A DNA stretch of 64,000 bases, taken from the NCBI RefSeq assembly GCF_003019035.1, contig NZ_CP027447.1. One strand, written 5' to 3'. Origin of the DNA: Escherichia coli. Lineage in GTDB: Bacteria > Pseudomonadota > Gammaproteobacteria > Enterobacterales > Enterobacteriaceae. Below are positions 1 through 11,554 of this stretch, piece after piece (within the stretch, counting starts at the first letter, position 1; each line of letters starts with the position of its first letter). The position numbers and the translations under genes were made by a program. The notes beneath the pieces are model-generated. The model saw only the letters and a list, made by a program, of their open reading frames with translations. It was not told where the DNA came from and ran no database searches.

Positions 1-3000
1 CATTATTACTTCCGCGACTATCGACCCGGAACGCTTTTCGCGCCACTTTAATAATGCGCCGATTATCGAAGTCTCCGGTCGGACCTATCCGGTGGAAGTG
101 CGCTATCGCCCGATCGTTGAAGAAGCTGATGACACCGAGCGCGATCAGTTGCAGGCGATTTTTGACGCCGTAGACGAACTGAGCCAGGAAAGCCCTGGCG
201 ACATTCTGATCTTTATGAGCGGTGAGCGGGAAATTCGCGATACCGCCGATGCGCTGAACAAGCTAAATCTGCGGCATACCGAAATCTTGCCGCTTTATGC
301 GCGGCTTTCGAACAGCGAACAGAACCGCGTGTTCCAGTCGCACAGTGGACGGCGCATTGTGCTGGCGACCAACGTCGCGGAAACCTCGCTGACCGTACCG
401 GGTATTAAATACGTTATCGACCCCGGTACAGCGCGTATCAGCCGCTACAGCTATCGCACCAAAGTGCAGCGTTTGCCGATTGAACCCATTTCGCAGGCGT
501 CTGCCAATCAGCGTAAAGGCCGCTGTGGTCGTGTGTCCGAAGGGATCTGTATTCGTCTCTATTCCGAAGACGATTTCCTTTCGCGCCCGGAATTTACCGA
601 TCCGGAGATTCTGCGTACCAACCTGGCCTCGGTTATTTTGCAGATGACTGCGCTGGGGCTGGGCGATATCGCTGCGTTCCCGTTTGTTGAAGCACCGGAT
701 AAACGCAATATCCAGGATGGCGTGCGTCTGCTCGAAGAACTGGGCGCGATCACCACGGATGAACAGGCCAGCGCCTATAAACTGACGCCGCTCGGTCGCC
801 AGCTCTCGCAGTTGCCTGTCGACCCACGTCTGGCGCGTATGGTGCTGGAAGCGCAAAAACATGGCTGCGTGCGTGAGGCGATGATTATCACGTCCGCGCT
901 CTCCATTCAGGATCCGCGCGAGCGTCCGATGGATAAACAGCAGGCATCGGACGAAAAACATCGTCGCTTCCACGACAAAGAATCCGACTTCCTCGCGTTT
1001 GTAAATCTGTGGAATTATCTTGGCGAGCAGCAAAAGGCGCTTTCTTCCAACGCCTTCCGTCGCCTGTGTCGTACCGATTATCTCAACTATCTGCGCGTGC
1101 GCGAATGGCAGGATATCTACACCCAGTTGCGCCAGGTGGTGAAAGAACTTGGCATTCCGGTTAACAGCGAACCGGCGGAGTATCGTGAAATTCACATTGC
1201 GTTGCTGACGGGTTTACTTTCCCATATCGGCATGAAAGATGCCGATAAACAAGAATATACCGGCGCACGTAACGCGCGTTTCTCCATTTTCCCCGGTTCC
1301 GGCTTATTTAAAAAGCCGCCGAAATGGGTAATGGTGGCGGAACTGGTAGAAACCAGCCGCCTGTGGGGGCGCATTGCTGCGCGTATCGACCCGGAATGGG
1401 TAGAACCCGTTGCTCAGCATTTGATTAAACGCACCTACAGCGAACCGCACTGGGAACGGGCGCAGGGCGCGGTGATGGCAACGGAAAAAGTCACTGTTTA
1501 TGGTTTGCCGATTGTTGCTGCGCGCAAGGTCAACTACAGCCAGATCGATCCGGCGTTATGTCGTGAACTCTTTATTCGCCACGCTCTGGTGGAAGGTGAC
1601 TGGCAGACGCGTCACGCATTCTTCCGTGAAAACCTGAAACTGCGGGCCGAAGTGGAAGAGCTGGAACACAAATCACGTCGCCGCGATATTCTGGTTGATG
1701 ACGAAACGTTGTTTGAGTTCTACGACCAGCGCATCAGCCACGATGTAATCTCCGCTCGTCACTTCGACAGCTGGTGGAAAAAAGTCAGCCGCGAAACGCC
1801 TGATTTGCTCAACTTTGAAAAGAGCATGTTGATCAAAGAAGGGGCGGAAAAAATCAGCAAGCTGGATTATCCGAACTTCTGGCATCAGAGCAATCTCAAG
1901 CTGCGTTTGAGCTATCAGTTTGAGCCCGGCGCGGATGCTGACGGTGTGACTGTGCATATCCCGCTGCCGCTGCTTAATCAGGTAGAAGAGAGCGGGTTTG
2001 AATGGCAAATCCCCGGCCTGCGCCGCGAACTGGTGATTGCTCTGATTAAATCGTTGCCGAAACCGGTACGCCGTAATTTTGTACCTGCGCCAAACTATGC
2101 CGAAGCGTTTTTAGGCCGCGTCAAACCGCTGGAGTTACCGTTGCTCGACAGTCTTGAGCGCGAGTTACGGCGGATGACCGGTGTTACCGTTGACCGCGAA
2201 GACTGGCACTGGGATCAGGTGCCCGATCACCTGAAAATCACCTTCCGCGTGGTGGATGACAAAAACAAGAAGCTAAAAGAAGGGCGCTCTCTACAAGATC
2301 TGAAAGATGCGCTGAAAGGCAAAGTGCAGGAAACGCTGTCTGCGGTGGCGGATGACGGTATCGAGCAGAGCGGCTTACATATCTGGAGTTTTGGTCAGCT
2401 GCCGGAAAGCTACGAACAGAAGCGTGGTAACTACAAAGTGAAGGCGTGGCCGGCGCTGGTGGATGAACGCGACAGCGTGGCGATCAAACTGTTTGATAAT
2501 CCGCTGGAACAAAAGCAGGCAATGTGGAACGGTCTTCGCCGTCTACTGCTGCTGAATATTCCATCGCCGATCAAGTATTTGCATGAAAAGTTACCGAACA
2601 AAGCCAAGCTGGGGCTGTACTTTAACCCGTATGGCAAAGTGCTGGAGCTGATCGACGACTGTATCTCCTGCGGGGTGGATCAACTGATCGACGCCAATGG
2701 TGGCCCGGTCTGGACGGAAGAAGGCTTTGCTGCGCTGCATGAGAAAGTGCGTGCCGAACTGAACGACACGGTGGTGGATATTGCGAAGCAGGTCGAGCAA
2801 ATTCTTACGGCAGTGTTCAATATCAACAAACGTCTGAAAGGGCGGGTGGATATGACCATGGCGCTGGGGCTTTCTGACATTAAAGCGCAGATGGGCGGGC
2901 TGGTGTATCGCGGTTTTGTGACTGGTAACGGCTTCAAACGGTTGGGCGACACGCTGCGTTATTTGCAGGCGATTGAAAAACGACTGGAAAAACTGGCGGT

Positions 3001-3229
3001 TGATCCGCATCGTGACCGTGCTCAGATGCTGAAAGTCGAAAACGTCCAGCAGGCGTGGCAGCAATGGATCAACAAACTGCCGCCTGCACGTCGTGAGGAT
3101 GAAGACGTGAAAGAGATCCGCTGGATGATAGAAGAGCTGCGCGTCAGCTACTTCGCTCAACAACTTGGTACGCCTTATCCGATTTCGGATAAGCGTATTT
3201 TGCAGGCGATGGAGCAGATTAGCGGTTAA
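1..3229 (+). CDS. hrpA: ATP-dependent RNA helicase HrpA, C-terminal ~1045 codons; 5' end lies upstream of the window
   Basis: Open frame runs from the window edge to the stop at 3227-3229; translated sequence recognised as the HrpA C-terminal region; hairpin terminator follows. Confidence 0.9.
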   Translation, partial: IITSATIDPERFSRHFNNAPIIEVSGRTYPVEVRYRPIVEEADDTERDQLQAIFDAVDELSQESPGDILIFMSGEREIRDTADALNKLNLRHTEILPLYARLSNSEQNRVFQSHSGRRIVLATNVAETSLTVPGIKYVIDPGTARISRYSYRTKVQRLPIEPISQASANQRKGRCGRVSEGICIRLYSEDDFLSRPEFTDPEILRTNLASVILQMTALGLGDIAAFPFVEAPDKRNIQDGVRLLEELGAITTDEQASAYKLTPLGRQLSQLPVDPRLARMVLEAQKHGCVREAMIITSALSIQDPRERPMDKQQASDEKHRRFHDKESDFLAFVNLWNYLGEQQKALSSNAFRRLCRTDYLNYLRVREWQDIYTQLRQVVKELGIPVNSEPAEYREIHIALLTGLLSHIGMKDADKQEYTGARNARFSIFPGSGLFKKPPKWVMVAELVETSRLWGRIAARIDPEWVEPVAQHLIKRTYSEPHWERAQGAVMATEKVTVYGLPIVAARKVNYSQIDPALCRELFIRHALVEGDWQTRHAFFRENLKLRAEVEELEHKSRRRDILVDDETLFEFYDQRISHDVISARHFDSWWKKVSRETPDLLNFEKSMLIKEGAEKISKLDYPNFWHQSNLKLRLSYQFEPGADADGVTVHIPLPLLNQVEESGFEWQIPGLRRELVIALIKSLPKPVRRNFVPAPNYAEAFLGRVKPLELPLLDSLERELRRMTGVTVDREDWHWDQVPDHLKITFRVVDDKNKKLKEGRSLQDLKDALKGKVQETLSAVADDGIEQSGLHIWSFGQLPESYEQKRGNYKVKAWPALVDERDSVAIKLFDNPLEQKQAMWNGLRRLLLLNIPSPIKYLHEKLPNKAKLGLYFNPYGKVLELIDDCISCGVDQLIDANGGPVWTEEGFAALHEKVRAELNDTVVDIAKQVEQILTAVFNINKRLKGRVDMTMALGLSDIKAQMGGLVYRGFVTGNGFKRLGDTLRYLQAIEKRLEKLAVDPHRDRAQMLKVENVQQAWQQWINKLPPARREDEDVKEIRWMIEELRVSYFAQQLGTPYPISDKRILQAMEQISG

Positions 3230-3253
3230 CCCTGCTATTTGCCTGATAAATCT

Positions 3254-3287
3254 AAAACCCGGTAAGCATTTAGCGCCGGGTTTTTTA
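3254..3287 (+). terminator. Rho-independent terminator after hrpA
   Basis: Inverted repeat aaaacccgg...ccgggtttt followed by a T-run. Confidence 0.6.
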
Positions 3288-3500
3288 TTAATTCTAAAAC
3301 GGTAAGCGAAAAAATTCAGGAATTCAGAAAAATACAATTCTCTGCTGCAAGATGAATAATGTTTATCTACAGCATTTCCTTAAAAGATATGTCAGGCTTG
3401 CGGAGTGGCGGTTAAGGGAATACGACTTCCTCCTTTCAGAGTGCTCCGCTTCTCACTATTATCTCACGCAGTATTCTTAAGGGAACGATAAGGAGGAACC

Positions 3501-4301
3501 ATGAACATTACCCCGTTTCCGACGCTTTCGCCGGCAACCATAGATGCCATAAATGTTATCGGACAGTGGCTGGCGCAGGATGATTTCTCCGGTGAGGTGC
3601 CGTATCAGGCCGATTGCGTGATCCTTGCAGGCAATGCGGTTATGCCGACTATCGACGCGGCATGTAAGATTGCTCGCGATCAGCAAATTCCTTTACTGAT
3701 TAGTGGTGGTATCGGTCACTCGACAACTTTTTTGTATAACGCCATCGCACAGCATCCGCACTACAACACTATCCGCGCCACCGGCAGAGCAGAAGCTACC
3801 ATTCTGGCGGATATCGCTCATCAGTTCTGGCACATTCCGCATGAAAAAATCTGGATTGAAGACCAGTCAACAAACTGCGGTGAAAACGCACGCTTTAGCA
3901 TCGCGCTATTGAATCAGGCCGTAGAACGAGTTCACACAGCTATCGTTGTACAGGACCCCACCATGCAGCGGCGCACGATGGCGACGTTCCGCCGTATGAC
4001 CGGGGACAATCCCGATGCACCACGCTGGTTGAGTTATCCCGGATTCGTTCCTCAGTTAGGAAATAACGCAGACAGTGTAATCTTTGTTAATCCGTTGCAA
4101 GGATTATGGCCGGTTGAGCGTTATCTATCGCTACTCACTGGCGAGCTGCCGCGTTTACGCGATGATAGCGATGGCTACGGCCCCCGCGGGCGAGATTTTA
4201 TCGTTCACGTTGATTTTCCGGCAGAAGTCATTCAGGCATGGCAAACGCTGAAACACGATGCGGTGCTCATCGAGGCGATGGAAAGTCGCTCGTTACGTTA
4301 A
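3501..4301 (+). CDS. ydcF: DUF218-family protein YdcF
   Basis: 266-aa ORF with strong SD (aaggagg) 7 nt upstream; sequence and position match E. coli ydcF. Confidence 0.85.
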   Translation: MNITPFPTLSPATIDAINVIGQWLAQDDFSGEVPYQADCVILAGNAVMPTIDAACKIARDQQIPLLISGGIGHSTTFLYNAIAQHPHYNTIRATGRAEATILADIAHQFWHIPHEKIWIEDQSTNCGENARFSIALLNQAVERVHTAIVVQDPTMQRRTMATFRRMTGDNPDAPRWLSYPGFVPQLGNNADSVIFVNPLQGLWPVERYLSLLTGELPRLRDDSDGYGPRGRDFIVHVDFPAEVIQAWQTLKHDAVLIEAMESRSLR

Positions 4302-4497
4302 AAATTGCCCGTTTGTGAACCACTTGTTTGCAAACGGGCATAACTCCTGCCTTTTATTTCTGCCTCTTATTCCTTTTACACTTGTTTTTATGAAGCCCTT
4401 CACAGAATTGTCCTTTCATGATGCCGTCTCTCTGATGATTGATGTTAATTAACAATGTATTTACCAAAAACAAACATATAAATCACAGGAGTCGCTC

Positions 4498-5937
4498 ATG
4501 TCAGTACCCGTTCAACATCCTATGTATATTGATGGACAGTTTGTTACCTGGCGTGGAGACGCATGGATTGATGTGGTAAACCCTGCTACAGAGGCTGTCA
4601 TTTCCCGCATTCCCGATGGTCAGGCCGAGGATGCCCGTAAGGCAATCGATGCAGCAGAACGTGCACAACCAGAATGGGAAGCGTTGCCTGCTATTGAACG
4701 CGCCAGTTGGTTGCGCAAAATCTCCGCCGGGATCCGCAAACGCGCCAGCGAAATCAGTGCGCTGATTGTTGAAGAAGGGGGCAAGATCCAGCAGCTGGCT
4801 GAAGTCGAAGTGGCTTTTACTGCGGACTATATCGATTACATGGCGGAGTGGGCACGGCGTTATGAAGGCGAGATTATTCAAAGCGATCGTCCAGGAGAAA
4901 ATATTCTTCTGTTTAAACGTGCGCTTGGCGTGACTACCGGCATTCTGCCGTGGAACTTCCCGTTCTTCCTCATTGCCCGCAAAATGGCCCCCGCTCTTTT
5001 GACCGGTAATACCATCGTCATTAAACCCAGTGAATTTACGCCAAACAATGCGATTGCATTCGCCAAAATTGTCGATGAAATAGGCCTTCCGCGCGGCGTG
5101 TTTAACCTTGTTCTGGGGCGTGGTGAAACCGTTGGGCAAGAACTGGCGGGTAACCCAAAGGTCGCAATGGTCAGTATGACAGGCAGCGTCTCTGCAGGTG
5201 AAAAGATTATGGCGACTGCGGCGAAAAACATCACCAAAGTGTGCCTGGAATTGGGGGGTAAAGCACCGGCTATCGTAATGGACGATGCCGATCTTGAACT
5301 GGCAGTCAAAGCCATCGTTGATTCACGCGTTATTAATAGTGGGCAAGTGTGTAACTGTGCAGAACGTGTTTATGTACAGAAAGGCATTTATGATCAGTTT
5401 GTCAATCGGCTGGGTGAAGCGTTGCAGGCGGTTCAATTTGGTAACCCCGCTGAACGCAACGACATTGCGATGGGGCCGTTGATTAACGCCGCGGCGCTGG
5501 AAAGGGTCGAGCAAAAAGTGGCGCGCGCAGTAGAAGAAGGGGCGAGAGTGGCGTTGGGTGGCAAAGCGGTAGAGGGGAAAGGATATTATTATCCGCCGAC
5601 ATTGCTGCTGGATGTTCGCCAGGAAATGTCGATTATGCATGAGGAAACCTTTGGCCCGGTTCTGCCGGTGGTCGCATTTGATACGCTGGAAGAGGCTATC
5701 TCAATGGCGAATGATAGTGATTACGGCCTGACCTCATCAATCTATACCCAAAATCTGAACGTCGCGATGAAAGCCATTAACGGGCTGAAGTTTGGTGAAA
5801 CTTACATCAACCGTGAAAACTTCGAAGCTATGCAAGGCTTCCACGCCGGATGGCGTAAATCTGGTATTGGCGGCGCAGATGGTAAACATGGCCTGCATGA
5901 ATATCTGCAGACCCAGGTGGTTTATTTACAGTCTTAA
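4498..5937 (+). CDS. aldA: Lactaldehyde dehydrogenase (NAD-dependent aldehyde dehydrogenase)
   Basis: 479-aa ORF; aldehyde dehydrogenase catalytic Cys/Glu context ([15 protein letters not shown]); synteny. Confidence 0.93.
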   Translation: MSVPVQHPMYIDGQFVTWRGDAWIDVVNPATEAVISRIPDGQAEDARKAIDAAERAQPEWEALPAIERASWLRKISAGIRKRASEISALIVEEGGKIQQLAEVEVAFTADYIDYMAEWARRYEGEIIQSDRPGENILLFKRALGVTTGILPWNFPFFLIARKMAPALLTGNTIVIKPSEFTPNNAIAFAKIVDEIGLPRGVFNLVLGRGETVGQELAGNPKVAMVSMTGSVSAGEKIMATAAKNITKVCLELGGKAPAIVMDDADLELAVKAIVDSRVINSGQVCNCAERVYVQKGIYDQFVNRLGEALQAVQFGNPAERNDIAMGPLINAAALERVEQKVARAVEEGARVALGGKAVEGKGYYYPPTLLLDVRQEMSIMHEETFGPVLPVVAFDTLEEAISMANDSDYGLTSSIYTQNLNVAMKAINGLKFGETYINRENFEAMQGFHAGWRKSGIGGADGKHGLHEYLQTQVVYLQS

Positions 5938-5947
5938 TGAGTGGAAG

Positions 5948-5970
5948 AGGCGGAGGTTTTTCCTCCGCCT
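5948..5970. terminator. Bidirectional hairpin between convergent aldA and gapC
   Basis: aggcggagg-ttttt-cctccgcct perfect inverted repeat. Confidence 0.6.
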
Positions 5971-5977
5971 GTGTGCG

Positions 5978-6979
5978 TCAGAGTTTAGCGAATTTTTCGA
6001 GGGTGCGAATGAGCTGTGTGACGAAGCCATATTCGTTATCGTACCAGGCGACCGTTTTCACCAGTTGTAAATCGCCCACGGCGGTAATTTCCGTTTGCGT
6101 GGCATCAAACACCGAACCGAAATGGCTGCCAATGATATCGGAAGAGACTATTTCTTCATCGGTATAACCAAATGACTCGTTATTGGTGGTTGCTTGTTTA
6201 AGTGCGTTATTCACCTCTTCGGCAGTCACTTTTTTTCCGAGAATGGACACCAGCTCAGTGACCGAACCTGTTTTCACCGGCACGCGTTGCGCATGACCTT
6301 TCAGTTTGCCGCTCAGTTCCGGGATCACCAGACCAATGGCTTTTGCCGCACCTGTAGTGTGGGGAATGATATTTTCTGCCGCTGCACGTGAAGCGCGTAG
6401 ATCTTTACCTCGCGGACCATCCACCAGTGACTGAGTGCCGGTATAGGCATGAATGGTCGTCATCGTGCCGACTTCTATTCCGAAACTGTCGTGCAAGGCT
6501 TTGGCCATCGGTGCAAGACAGTTAGTGGTGCATGACGCCACGGAAACAATGGTGTCGTTGCCATCCAGTGTGTCGTCATTGACGTTATAAACGATGGTTT
6601 TCATTTCACCGGCAGGGGCGGAAATCAACACCTTCTTCGCACCAGCATCAAGGTGCGCCTGCGATTTCTCGGCGGAGGTATAAAAGCCAGTACATTCGAC
6701 AATGATTTCTGCGCCTTTCGCTTTCCATGGAATATTTTTAGCCTCTTTTTCGGCGTAAACCGCGATACTTTTTCCATCAACGATAAGTGAATCTTCCGTA
6801 AAATCAACGCTCCAGGGGAACGGTCCGTAGTTTGAATCATGTTTCAACAGGTAGGCGAGAATTTTTGGGGAAGTGAGATCATTAATAGCAACAATGTCTA
6901 TGTTGCTTTTGACTTCAAGTAATCGACGCAACACCAGTCGACCGATACGACCAAAACCGTTAATACCAACTTTACTCAT
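5978..6979 (-). CDS. gapC: Glyceraldehyde-3-phosphate dehydrogenase C, intact 333-aa frame
   Basis: Uninterrupted 333-aa ORF with GAPDH motifs (NGFGRIGR N-terminus, SCTTNCLAP active-site Cys region). Confidence 0.9.
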   Translation of the reverse strand: MSKVGINGFGRIGRLVLRRLLEVKSNIDIVAINDLTSPKILAYLLKHDSNYGPFPWSVDFTEDSLIVDGKSIAVYAEKEAKNIPWKAKGAEIIVECTGFYTSAEKSQAHLDAGAKKVLISAPAGEMKTIVYNVNDDTLDGNDTIVSVASCTTNCLAPMAKALHDSFGIEVGTMTTIHAYTGTQSLVDGPRGKDLRASRAAAENIIPHTTGAAKAIGLVIPELSGKLKGHAQRVPVKTGSVTELVSILGKKVTAEEVNNALKQATTNNESFGYTDEEIVSSDIIGSHFGSVFDATQTEITAVGDLQLVKTVAWYDNEYGFVTQLIRTLEKFAKL

Positions 6980-7167
6980 GGTCTTCTCCTGTCAGGAACG
7001 TTCGGATGAAAATTGATCCTTTCCAGGCTTAGACCAGGATGGCGGGATGGGCAATCTACATTCTTGCCGTGAAACGTAACGTACTGAAAACGGGTGAACA
7101 ATATTTAATGAAATTTTAAGAAAAGCTCGTTATGTTAACGGAAAATTATGTTAAAGCAGGAAATGTT

Positions 7168-7698
7168 ATGGAAAGTAAATATTCAAGGTTACAAATCGGC
7201 ATTCACTGGCTGGTCTTTTTGCTGGTTATCGCAGCGTATTGCGCAATGGAGTTTCGTGGTTTTTTCCCACGTGGCGATAGGCCGCTTATCAACATGATTC
7301 ATGTTTCCTGTGGCATCTCAATTCTCGTGCTGATGGTTGTTCGTCTTTTGTTAAGGCTTAAATACCCAACTCCGCCGATTGTACCTAAACCAAAACCGAT
7401 GATGACGGGACTGGCGCATTTGGGACATTTGGTGATCTATCTCCTGTTTATTGCGCTGCCAGTGATTGGTTTGGTGATGATGTATAACCGGGGCAACCCG
7501 TGGTCTGCGTTTGGTATGACAATGCCTTATGCAGCAGAGGCCAATTTCGAACGGGTTGATAGCTTAAAGTGGTGGCATGAGACGCTGGCGAATCTGGGAT
7601 ATTTTGTCATCGGGTTGCACGCTGCGGCTGCACTGGCACACCACTATTTCTGGAAGGACAACACACTTCTACGCATGATGCCGCGTAAACGTTCCTGA
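7168..7698 (+). CDS. cybB: Cytochrome b561
   Basis: ORF 7132-7698; internal Met at 7168 gives the 176-aa protein beginning MESKYSRLQ; multiple TM helices. Confidence 0.85.
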   Translation: MESKYSRLQIGIHWLVFLLVIAAYCAMEFRGFFPRGDRPLINMIHVSCGISILVLMVVRLLLRLKYPTPPIVPKPKPMMTGLAHLGHLVIYLLFIALPVIGLVMMYNRGNPWSAFGMTMPYAAEANFERVDSLKWWHETLANLGYFVIGLHAAAALAHHYFWKDNTLLRMMPRKRS

Positions 7699-7704
7699 AG
7701 GATC

Positions 7705-7772
7705 TTTAAAGAAAACGCCTGTACTAAAACCGACCCGCGGTACAGGCGAAGAGTACGGGCCTACATCGGAAG
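7705..7772 (-). ncRNA. rydC: Candidate small RNA RydC with its own minus-strand terminator
   Basis: Minus-strand sequence cttccgatgtaggcccgtactcttcgcctgtaccgcgggtcggttttagtacaggcg followed by a T-run; matches recalled RydC sequence and its position between cybB and ydcA. Confidence 0.5.
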
Positions 7773-7942
7773 CGCCTATTATATTTATTTGTATGACAAA
7801 TAAAACCATAATCCTTGTCCATATGTCCATCTGGCTTATCTTTAATCAATTCACACGATCTTTGATCTCATCAACAGTATCAAAATAAACCAGCGTATAA
7901 CGTTCAAATCGAACATAAGATTCGATAAACCATGGAGGTTAT

Positions 7943-8116
7943 ATGAAAAAACTGGCACTTATCTTGGTTATAGGAGCGCTTGTTTCCTTTTATGCCGATG
8001 CCGGGCGCAAACCCTGTTCTGGTTCGAAAGGGGGGATCTCACACTGTACGGCAGGCGGCAAATTTGTCTGTAATGATGGTTCTATTAGTGCATCGAAAAA
8101 AACATGCACTAACTGA
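7943..8116 (+). CDS. ydcA: Small secreted protein YdcA (57 aa, N-terminal signal peptide)
   Basis: ATG at 7943 preceded by ggagg; hydrophobic N-terminus MKKLALILVIGALVSFYADA; below the 60-aa ORF track cutoff. Confidence 0.75.
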   Translation: MKKLALILVIGALVSFYADAGRKPCSGSKGGISHCTAGGKFVCNDGSISASKKTCTN

Positions 8117-8160
8117 AGTGTAAAAGGGGTGCCATGAGAAAATGAATCTGCTAGTCAGAT

Positions 8161-8181
8161 GCGCGGGGAAAATCCCCGCGC
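8161..8181 (-). terminator. Hairpin terminator of the hokB transcript
   Basis: gcgcgggga-aaa-tccccgcgc perfect inverted repeat immediately 3' of hokB on the minus strand. Confidence 0.6.
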
Positions 8182-8187
8182 TTGCCC

Positions 8188-8347
<160 letters not shown>

Positions 8348-8735
8348 TTTGCCGGATGGCGGGTAAGAGGCTAAGATCTGAATTGCTAGGTTCATTCGTT
8401 GGCCTCGGTTGATAGAAATATCGGTCGGGGCCTTCGTCTTTCTGATTCCCGGTTAGCCTGAAAACAGAAAGTCTCAGGCACCCGTGAGCATCCTATGTGG
8501 TTTCCTTAGGGACGAAAATAATCACCTGACGAAATTGCGTGCTGTTTTCCAGAATTTTTCGTCATTCGGGTTAGCCGGTTTAGCCATTCGTTACTCTCTT
8601 CATTCCAATAGCATTAATTTTCTCTGCAATAATTGTTGTAAAAATGTGACGCAAAGAGGTTTTTGGTCATAAGTAATTACCGTCAAGTGCCGATGACTTT
8701 CTATCAGGAGTAAACCTGGACGAGAGACAACGGTA

Positions 8736-10376
8736 ATGAATACAACTCCCTCACAGCGATTAGGTTTTTTGCATCACATCAGGCTGGTTCCGTTATTTGC
8801 CTGCATTCTTGGCGGTATCTTAGTTCTATTCGCATTAAGTTCTGCTCTGGCTGGCTATTTCCTCTGGCAGGCCGATCGCGATCAGCGTGATGTTACTGCG
8901 GAGATTGAGATTCGGACCGGGTTAGCGAACAGTTCAGATTTTTTGCGTTCAGCCCGGATCAATATGATTCAGGCCGGGGCAGCGAGTCGTATTGCGGAAA
9001 TGGAAGCAATGAAGCGAAATATTGCGCAAGCCGAATCGGAGATTAAACAGTCGCAGCAAGGTTATCGTGCTTATCAGAATCGGTCGGTGAAAACACCTGC
9101 TGATGAAGCCCTCGACACTGAATTAAATCAACGCTTCCAGGCTTATATCACGGGTATGCAACCGATGTTGAAATATGCCAAAAATGGCATGTTTGAAGCG
9201 ATTATCAATCATGAAAGTGAGCAGATCCGACCGCTGGATAATGCTTATACCGATATTTTGAACAAAGCCGTTAAGATACGTAGCACCAGAGCCAACCAAC
9301 TGGCGGAACTGGCCCATCAGCGCACCCGCTTGGGTGGGATGTTCATGATTGGCGCGTTTGTGCTTGCCCTGGTCATGACGCTGATAACATTTATAGTGCT
9401 ACGTCGGATCGTCATTCGTCCACTGCAACATGCCGCACAACGGATTGAAAAAATCGCCAGTGGCGATCTGACGATGAATGATGAACCGGCGGGTCGTAAT
9501 GAAATCGGTCGCTTAAGTCGTCATTTACAGCAAATGCAGCATTCACTGGGGATGACTGTAGGGACCGTTCGACAGGGCGCGGAAGAGATTTATCGTGGCA
9601 CCAGCGAAATTTCCGCTGGCAATGCGGACCTTTCATCTCGCACTGAAGAACAAGCGGCGGCAATTGAACAAACTGCCGCCAGCATGGAGCAACTCACTGC
9701 GACGGTGAAACAGAATGCGGATAACGCGCATCATGCCAGCAAACTGGCGCAAGAGGCTTCTATTAAAGCCTGCAATGGCGGGCAGACGGTTTCCGGTGTA
9801 GTAAAAACGATGGGCGCTATCTCCACGAGTTCGAAGAAAATTTCTGAGATCACCGCCGTCATCAACAGTATTGCTTTCCAGACGAATATTCTGGCACTGA
9901 ATGCTGCCGTTGAAGCCGCGCGAGCGGGTGAGCAAGGGCGTGGATTTGCCGTTGTCGCCAGCGAAGTACGGACACTCGCAAGCCGCAGCGCTCAGGCGGC
10001 GAAAGAGATTGAAGGCTTGATCAGTGAATCAGTCAGGTTAATTGACCTGGGATCGGATGAGGTGGCCACGGCCGGGAAAACCATGAGCACTATTGTTGAT
10101 GCCGTCGCGAGTGTCACACATATCATGCAGGAAATTGCCGCCGCCTCGGATGAACAAAGCAGAGGCATAACGCAGGTTAGCCAGGCGATTTCAGAAATGG
10201 ATAAGGTGACGCAACAGAATGCTTCTCTGGTAGAAGAGGCCTCAGCGGCGGCGGTGTCCCTTGAAGAACAGGCTGCACGATTAACTGAGGCGGTGGACGT
10301 ATTCCGTCTGAACAAACATTCTGTGTCGGCAGAACCTCGCGGAGCGGGTGAACCAGTTAGTTTCGCTACGGTGTGA
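8736..10376 (+). CDS. trg: Methyl-accepting chemotaxis protein III (ribose/galactose sensor)
   Basis: 546-aa ORF with two TM segments, HAMP region and conserved MCP signalling domain. Confidence 0.9.
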   Translation: MNTTPSQRLGFLHHIRLVPLFACILGGILVLFALSSALAGYFLWQADRDQRDVTAEIEIRTGLANSSDFLRSARINMIQAGAASRIAEMEAMKRNIAQAESEIKQSQQGYRAYQNRSVKTPADEALDTELNQRFQAYITGMQPMLKYAKNGMFEAIINHESEQIRPLDNAYTDILNKAVKIRSTRANQLAELAHQRTRLGGMFMIGAFVLALVMTLITFIVLRRIVIRPLQHAAQRIEKIASGDLTMNDEPAGRNEIGRLSRHLQQMQHSLGMTVGTVRQGAEEIYRGTSEISAGNADLSSRTEEQAAAIEQTAASMEQLTATVKQNADNAHHASKLAQEASIKACNGGQTVSGVVKTMGAISTSSKKISEITAVINSIAFQTNILALNAAVEAARAGEQGRGFAVVASEVRTLASRSAQAAKEIEGLISESVRLIDLGSDEVATAGKTMSTIVDAVASVTHIMQEIAAASDEQSRGITQVSQAISEMDKVTQQNASLVEEASAAAVSLEEQAARLTEAVDVFRLNKHSVSAEPRGAGEPVSFATV

Positions 10377-10387
10377 AAATGTTCAAG

Positions 10388-10409
10388 GAAGGGATCGACA
10401 GATCCCTTC
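10388..10409. terminator. Hairpin between convergent trg and ydcI
   Basis: gaagggatc-gaca-gatcccttc inverted repeat. Confidence 0.5.
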
Positions 10410-10414
10410 ACCTT

Positions 10415-11338
10415 TCAGAACGGCATTGATTTTCGAATAGCGTTAATCATCAACTGGCAACCAGAAGAGAACGTCGCATCTACGCGGGTCAGTATTCCAA
10501 TCGGTTCGCCTGCACCATGCCCCGGAACAGGCAGGGCCACCAGCGTGGCATGACGCAGGTCGTCTTTTACAGCGCCAGAAGGGACAAACCACACGTAGTC
10601 GTATTCAACCGTAAGTTGACGAGATAGCGAAGCAGACAGTGTTTCGATACAGCCCGAAGGAATTTTACAGCCTTGGCTCTGCACTAATGCATCTGAATGC
10701 TGGCGTGGCGCAGTGCCTTCTGGTGATACAACGACCGGCCATTCCAGCACCCGGCTTAGCGTTACGTTCTCCTGAAGTAGCGGATGATTAGGGCGGACAA
10801 CCAGCTTCAGCGATTCAAGAAACAGCAGTTCGTAATTAAGCCCGGTCATCAGTTCAGGATCTGACATCCGACCAATGCCGATATCTATTTCCCCGGTTTT
10901 TAAACCCGCAAGAATCATAGGGTTACTCATTGTCGCAACTTGCAAGGTCGTCTCTTTTTGTTGCTGATGAAACTGACCTATAACCGAAGGTAATATCCCC
11001 AGTGCCGCAGTCGGTAGTGCACCAACCCTGACGACATCATTATTAAGACCTTCTTTACGATGAAGCGACTGTCCAGCAGTGTTGATGGCGTCAAGAACTC
11101 TGACTGCATGCGTTAAAAATTGTTCGCCGGGTAAGGTAAGTTGCGCCCCCTGACGACCACGCTCAAACAAGCGTGCGCCCGTCAGCTGCTCCAGTTCATT
11201 CAATGTCTTAGAGAGCGCAGGTTGACTCAAATTAAGGGTTTCAGCCGCGCGCCCCAAAGTTCCTTGTTGTGCGACAGCTACGAATGTATGAAGGTGGCGC
11301 AAACGGATGCGCTGACTAAACAGACTATTTTTTTCCAT
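10415..11338 (-). CDS. ydcI: LysR-family transcriptional regulator
   Basis: ORF 10415-11479; likely start at the Met of MEKNSLFSQRIRLRHLHTF (307 aa); N-terminal HTH, LysR substrate-binding domain. Confidence 0.85.
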   Translation of the reverse strand: MEKNSLFSQRIRLRHLHTFVAVAQQGTLGRAAETLNLSQPALSKTLNELEQLTGARLFERGRQGAQLTLPGEQFLTHAVRVLDAINTAGQSLHRKEGLNNDVVRVGALPTAALGILPSVIGQFHQQQKETTLQVATMSNPMILAGLKTGEIDIGIGRMSDPELMTGLNYELLFLESLKLVVRPNHPLLQENVTLSRVLEWPVVVSPEGTAPRQHSDALVQSQGCKIPSGCIETLSASLSRQLTVEYDYVWFVPSGAVKDDLRHATLVALPVPGHGAGEPIGILTRVDATFSSGCQLMINAIRKSMPF

Positions 11339-11554
11339 AAGCGATGTTAAAAACGAAGCGGTGTCGCTGACAAGTGAAGTTGTTTGATTATGATAACTTG
11401 ATTGCAAAATATTATTAACAATTAAAGCAATTATGTTACAGCAAAATGGATAATATTGATGTTTTCGCGGCGAGATCACAGTTTGTAAATTCTTCCCGCC
11501 GGAGTGAATGCGGTTACCTACACTCCAGATTACTGACCACTGGAGGCAGACACT

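Noticed and set aside
263-1195. 310-aa minus-strand ORF inside hrpA
   Set aside because: Fully antisense to a well-supported helicase gene; no start context or domain; typical antisense open frame
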